From assembly GCA_965644265.1 (NCBI GenBank), contig OZ286460.1, positions 123,504,001 through 123,568,000 on the forward strand: a stretch of DNA of 64,000 bases, given 5' to 3'. The translations under genes were made by a program, and so were the position numbers. Source of the DNA: Glycera tridactyla (taxonomy: Eukaryota). Below are positions 61,582-64,000 of the stretch, in pieces. The notes beneath the pieces are model-generated. The model did no database searches. It was not told where the DNA came from and worked only from the letters and a program-made list of their open reading frames with translations. Numbering within the stretch: position 1 is the stretch's first letter; each line of letters starts with the position of its first letter.

Positions 61582-63202
61582 CACGGTAAAATCCGTTTGT
61601 CAGCTCTACTCGTTGTTCTCTAGTTGACTCAACTAGTTGCTTATTTTCAAGTTATGGATACTTGTTGGTTCAGAGTACAGAAGACAAATTGGGTTCTGCA
61701 AGTAGTGTCAACTTATATGGGATGAGTTGATCAGGTGACCAGCTGATAGGGTCACATCAAACTTGTCTTAAGCAGCCTCCAATCAAGATGGAATAGATTG
61801 GTTTTCGAGTGACCAACTGATAGGGTCCAGTCATATCTGTCCTAAGCAGCCAATTGAAATGAAATGGATTGGTTTTAAAACAACTTTGATCAAAATACAG
61901 TTATTATAATACAGGTACAGTCAGACCTGTCTCTAAAGACTGCCTCGCATCAAAAAGTGGTCTTTATTTGCAGGTGGTCTTTATAGAGAGGTCATTTACT
62001 GCTGAAAATACTACCACGGTCCCAGCTTAGGTGGTCTTTATAGAGAGGTGGTCTTTAGAGCAGGTTCGACTGTATTAGGTTTTCGTACAGTAAATGTTGG
62101 CCGCTCAAGACAGATTTGACTGTATTTTATCATTACTTGCTGTTCAGTACATCTGTAGAAATTTTGAATGATGAATGGATGAAGTATATTAAGTCAAGAG
62201 GAGGGGGTGCAACTTTCAATGTACAAAAACATACAGGCAGGAAGTCTGCTATTACCTATACTAGCACTCTAGCATATCACCCTCCCCCAGCTGCCACCTG
62301 TGAAGTAGCTTACCCCATGCGTTGTGTCCAGCAGCAAAGGAGTAACCAGGCTGCCTTGCCACACACCACTGGTCACAACTGTGCATGTTTTCCCGCCACT
62401 ATCATCTTCCAGCATGGCACAGTTGAGACCTCCATCTCAACCACTCTTCAATTCTTTATATCACACATTCTAGGCTGCCATCCATGATCCATTGGTGAGT
62501 ATGATAAAATGGCTCAATGTCATGATCTCAATGATATTTGTATGATGGATACCAGTTCATTAGAATAGGTGAAATTTTGGATTTATTCATTGATGTCAGA
62601 TTGACCTAATTTCATGTAGGTCAATAGTCAGGATGTTTATGTGGGGAGGGGGGGGGGGGGGGGGTATGGAGGAAGGGGCCTGTACTGCACTAAGATTCCA
62701 GCTCAATGACATCAATGAATGAACTCCAAAATTTCACCTATTCCGATAAACTAGTATCCATCATACAAACATTACTGATATCACAACATTAAACTCTTTC
62801 ATCATTCTCACCAATGGATGGTGGTATTTCAGTACATATACTGGGAATAAACTAGTTAGGAGAACCTGATGGCTTCAAGTCATGGTAGATGATAGGAACA
62901 AGTCAGATCAACTTGCAGACTCTGAGTCAACTTGCTGACTGGGGACAAGTCATGACAACTTACATGTTCTAAGTTTGTGTATCTATTGACAACAAGTTGA
63001 GACAACTTGCAAGTTCTAAGTAGTGTAAATCAGTATGAGCTAGTGACATATACAAGATGACTCAAGTCAAAGCAATGCCACTACTTTTTCAATGCAAGTT
63101 CAATGTACTTCTCTTTTGGTAGTCATAGCTACTCATTGGCAATAGGGCAGCACTGCTGCATCATTACCAATGAGTTATCACAACTCAACATTTTTTACAG
63201 TG
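61582..63202. mobile_element. About 1.6-kb non-autonomous CAC-ended (CMC/EnSpm-like) element
   Basis: TA|cacggtaaaa ... ttttacagtg|TA with caact/agttg subterminal repeats. It splits a copy of the 59070-59506 element into two matching halves. Confidence 0.75.
61918..62072. mobile_element. TA-MITE subfamily A nested in the CAC-ended element
   Basis: TA|cagtcagacctgtctctaaagac ... gtctttagagcaggttcgactg|TA. Confidence 0.85.
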
Positions 63203-64000
63203 TAAACATTCCAGCGGTTGTTGAACGTGGTTTCAGATAGTCTGGGTGCTTTTGAAGAGGATGACGCCATCATTTCATCACATTTTCCCGCCAAATCAGC
63301 CGGCATTATCGGCACGTTGTTGTATTTGAAACAGTGGAGATACGGCCGCGGCCCTCGCCGCGAAACCAGCGTGAAATTGACATATTTGATGTTCTAATGT
63401 GAGATAAAGAAGGGAACCTTGCCGTGATCACATTTCTAGTGGTCGGAGATGTCAACAATGTCTGTCTGCAAGTATCATGCAAATCTGAACTCAGTTCGCG
63501 ATGCTATGGCGAAAAACGTACCCGCCACGGTTAAGCTCGACAGACTATAGCAGTCTTGAGAACCTGCATGTTGGGACTTCCAGTGGAATATAGTCTGTTC
63601 TATTCAGTCTCCACGCATCTTTGCTTTTACACCACAAATATACCATGTTTACCTGGGCCAAGTTCATCTGAGCAGGAAGTAGCCAATGATCGTTCTAGTG
63701 ATGAGCGTATGAATATAATAACGATTTACCTCACCCTGTACACTCCTTGGAAAGATGAATCTATTTGATTTGACAAAGAGGTGAATGGGTGTGATTTGGT
63801 AAGAGAGAGGTGCGGCTCGGTGTTTTGAGCAGGCCTCCTCTTTGTCGGGCACTGGGAGTTAGTTTTGCCTGTCATATGCAGAACATTCTCCCTTGTGTGG
63901 TTTGGCGCTCTTGTTGGTTTGGTTTCCCAGTCGGAACTAGTTTGGATAGCTAATTACTGGTTTCATCACTAATGGACTTATTGGGTAGTTGCTTGAATAA

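Noticed and set aside
62641-62670. Long G runs as G-quadruplex elements (also C/G runs near 24965, 32907, 39600 and 54572)
   Set aside because: Simple homopolymers scattered through the window with no positional pattern.

Overview
Eukaryotic (animal, probably marine invertebrate) genomic DNA from a gapped assembly: 12 N-runs, many next to (CA)n or purine microsatellites. It is not prokaryotic. I found no operons, CRISPR arrays, intact tRNA/rRNA genes or intact transposase/RT ORFs. Most of the window looks like introns of a minus-strand gene for a small single-pass membrane protein. Two exons are well supported: 56143-56340 (signal peptide, ~7-aa ectodomain with one Cys, GxxxG-rich TM helix, basic stop-transfer) and 29098-29205 (acidic cytoplasmic segment with DNPAF). 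The rest is densely packed with non-autonomous DNA transposons: dozens of TA-flanked Tc1/mariner-pogo-type MITEs, CAGG-ended MITEs with 5-bp TSDs, one element with a 6-bp TSD, and a CAC-ended element in a three-level nest. There are also SINE-like tails, a CR1/L2-type LINE fragment, a 5S-derived fragment and two long minisatellites. The most unusual observations are (i) the minimal membrane protein, (ii) a promoter-like module (paired CCAAT boxes plus a YY1-type motif) shared between otherwise unrelated elements, and (iii) an isolated perfect 32-nt inverted repeat bracketing the cytoplasmic exon. All family assignments come from terminal sequences, TSDs and recalled consensus motifs, not from database searches.
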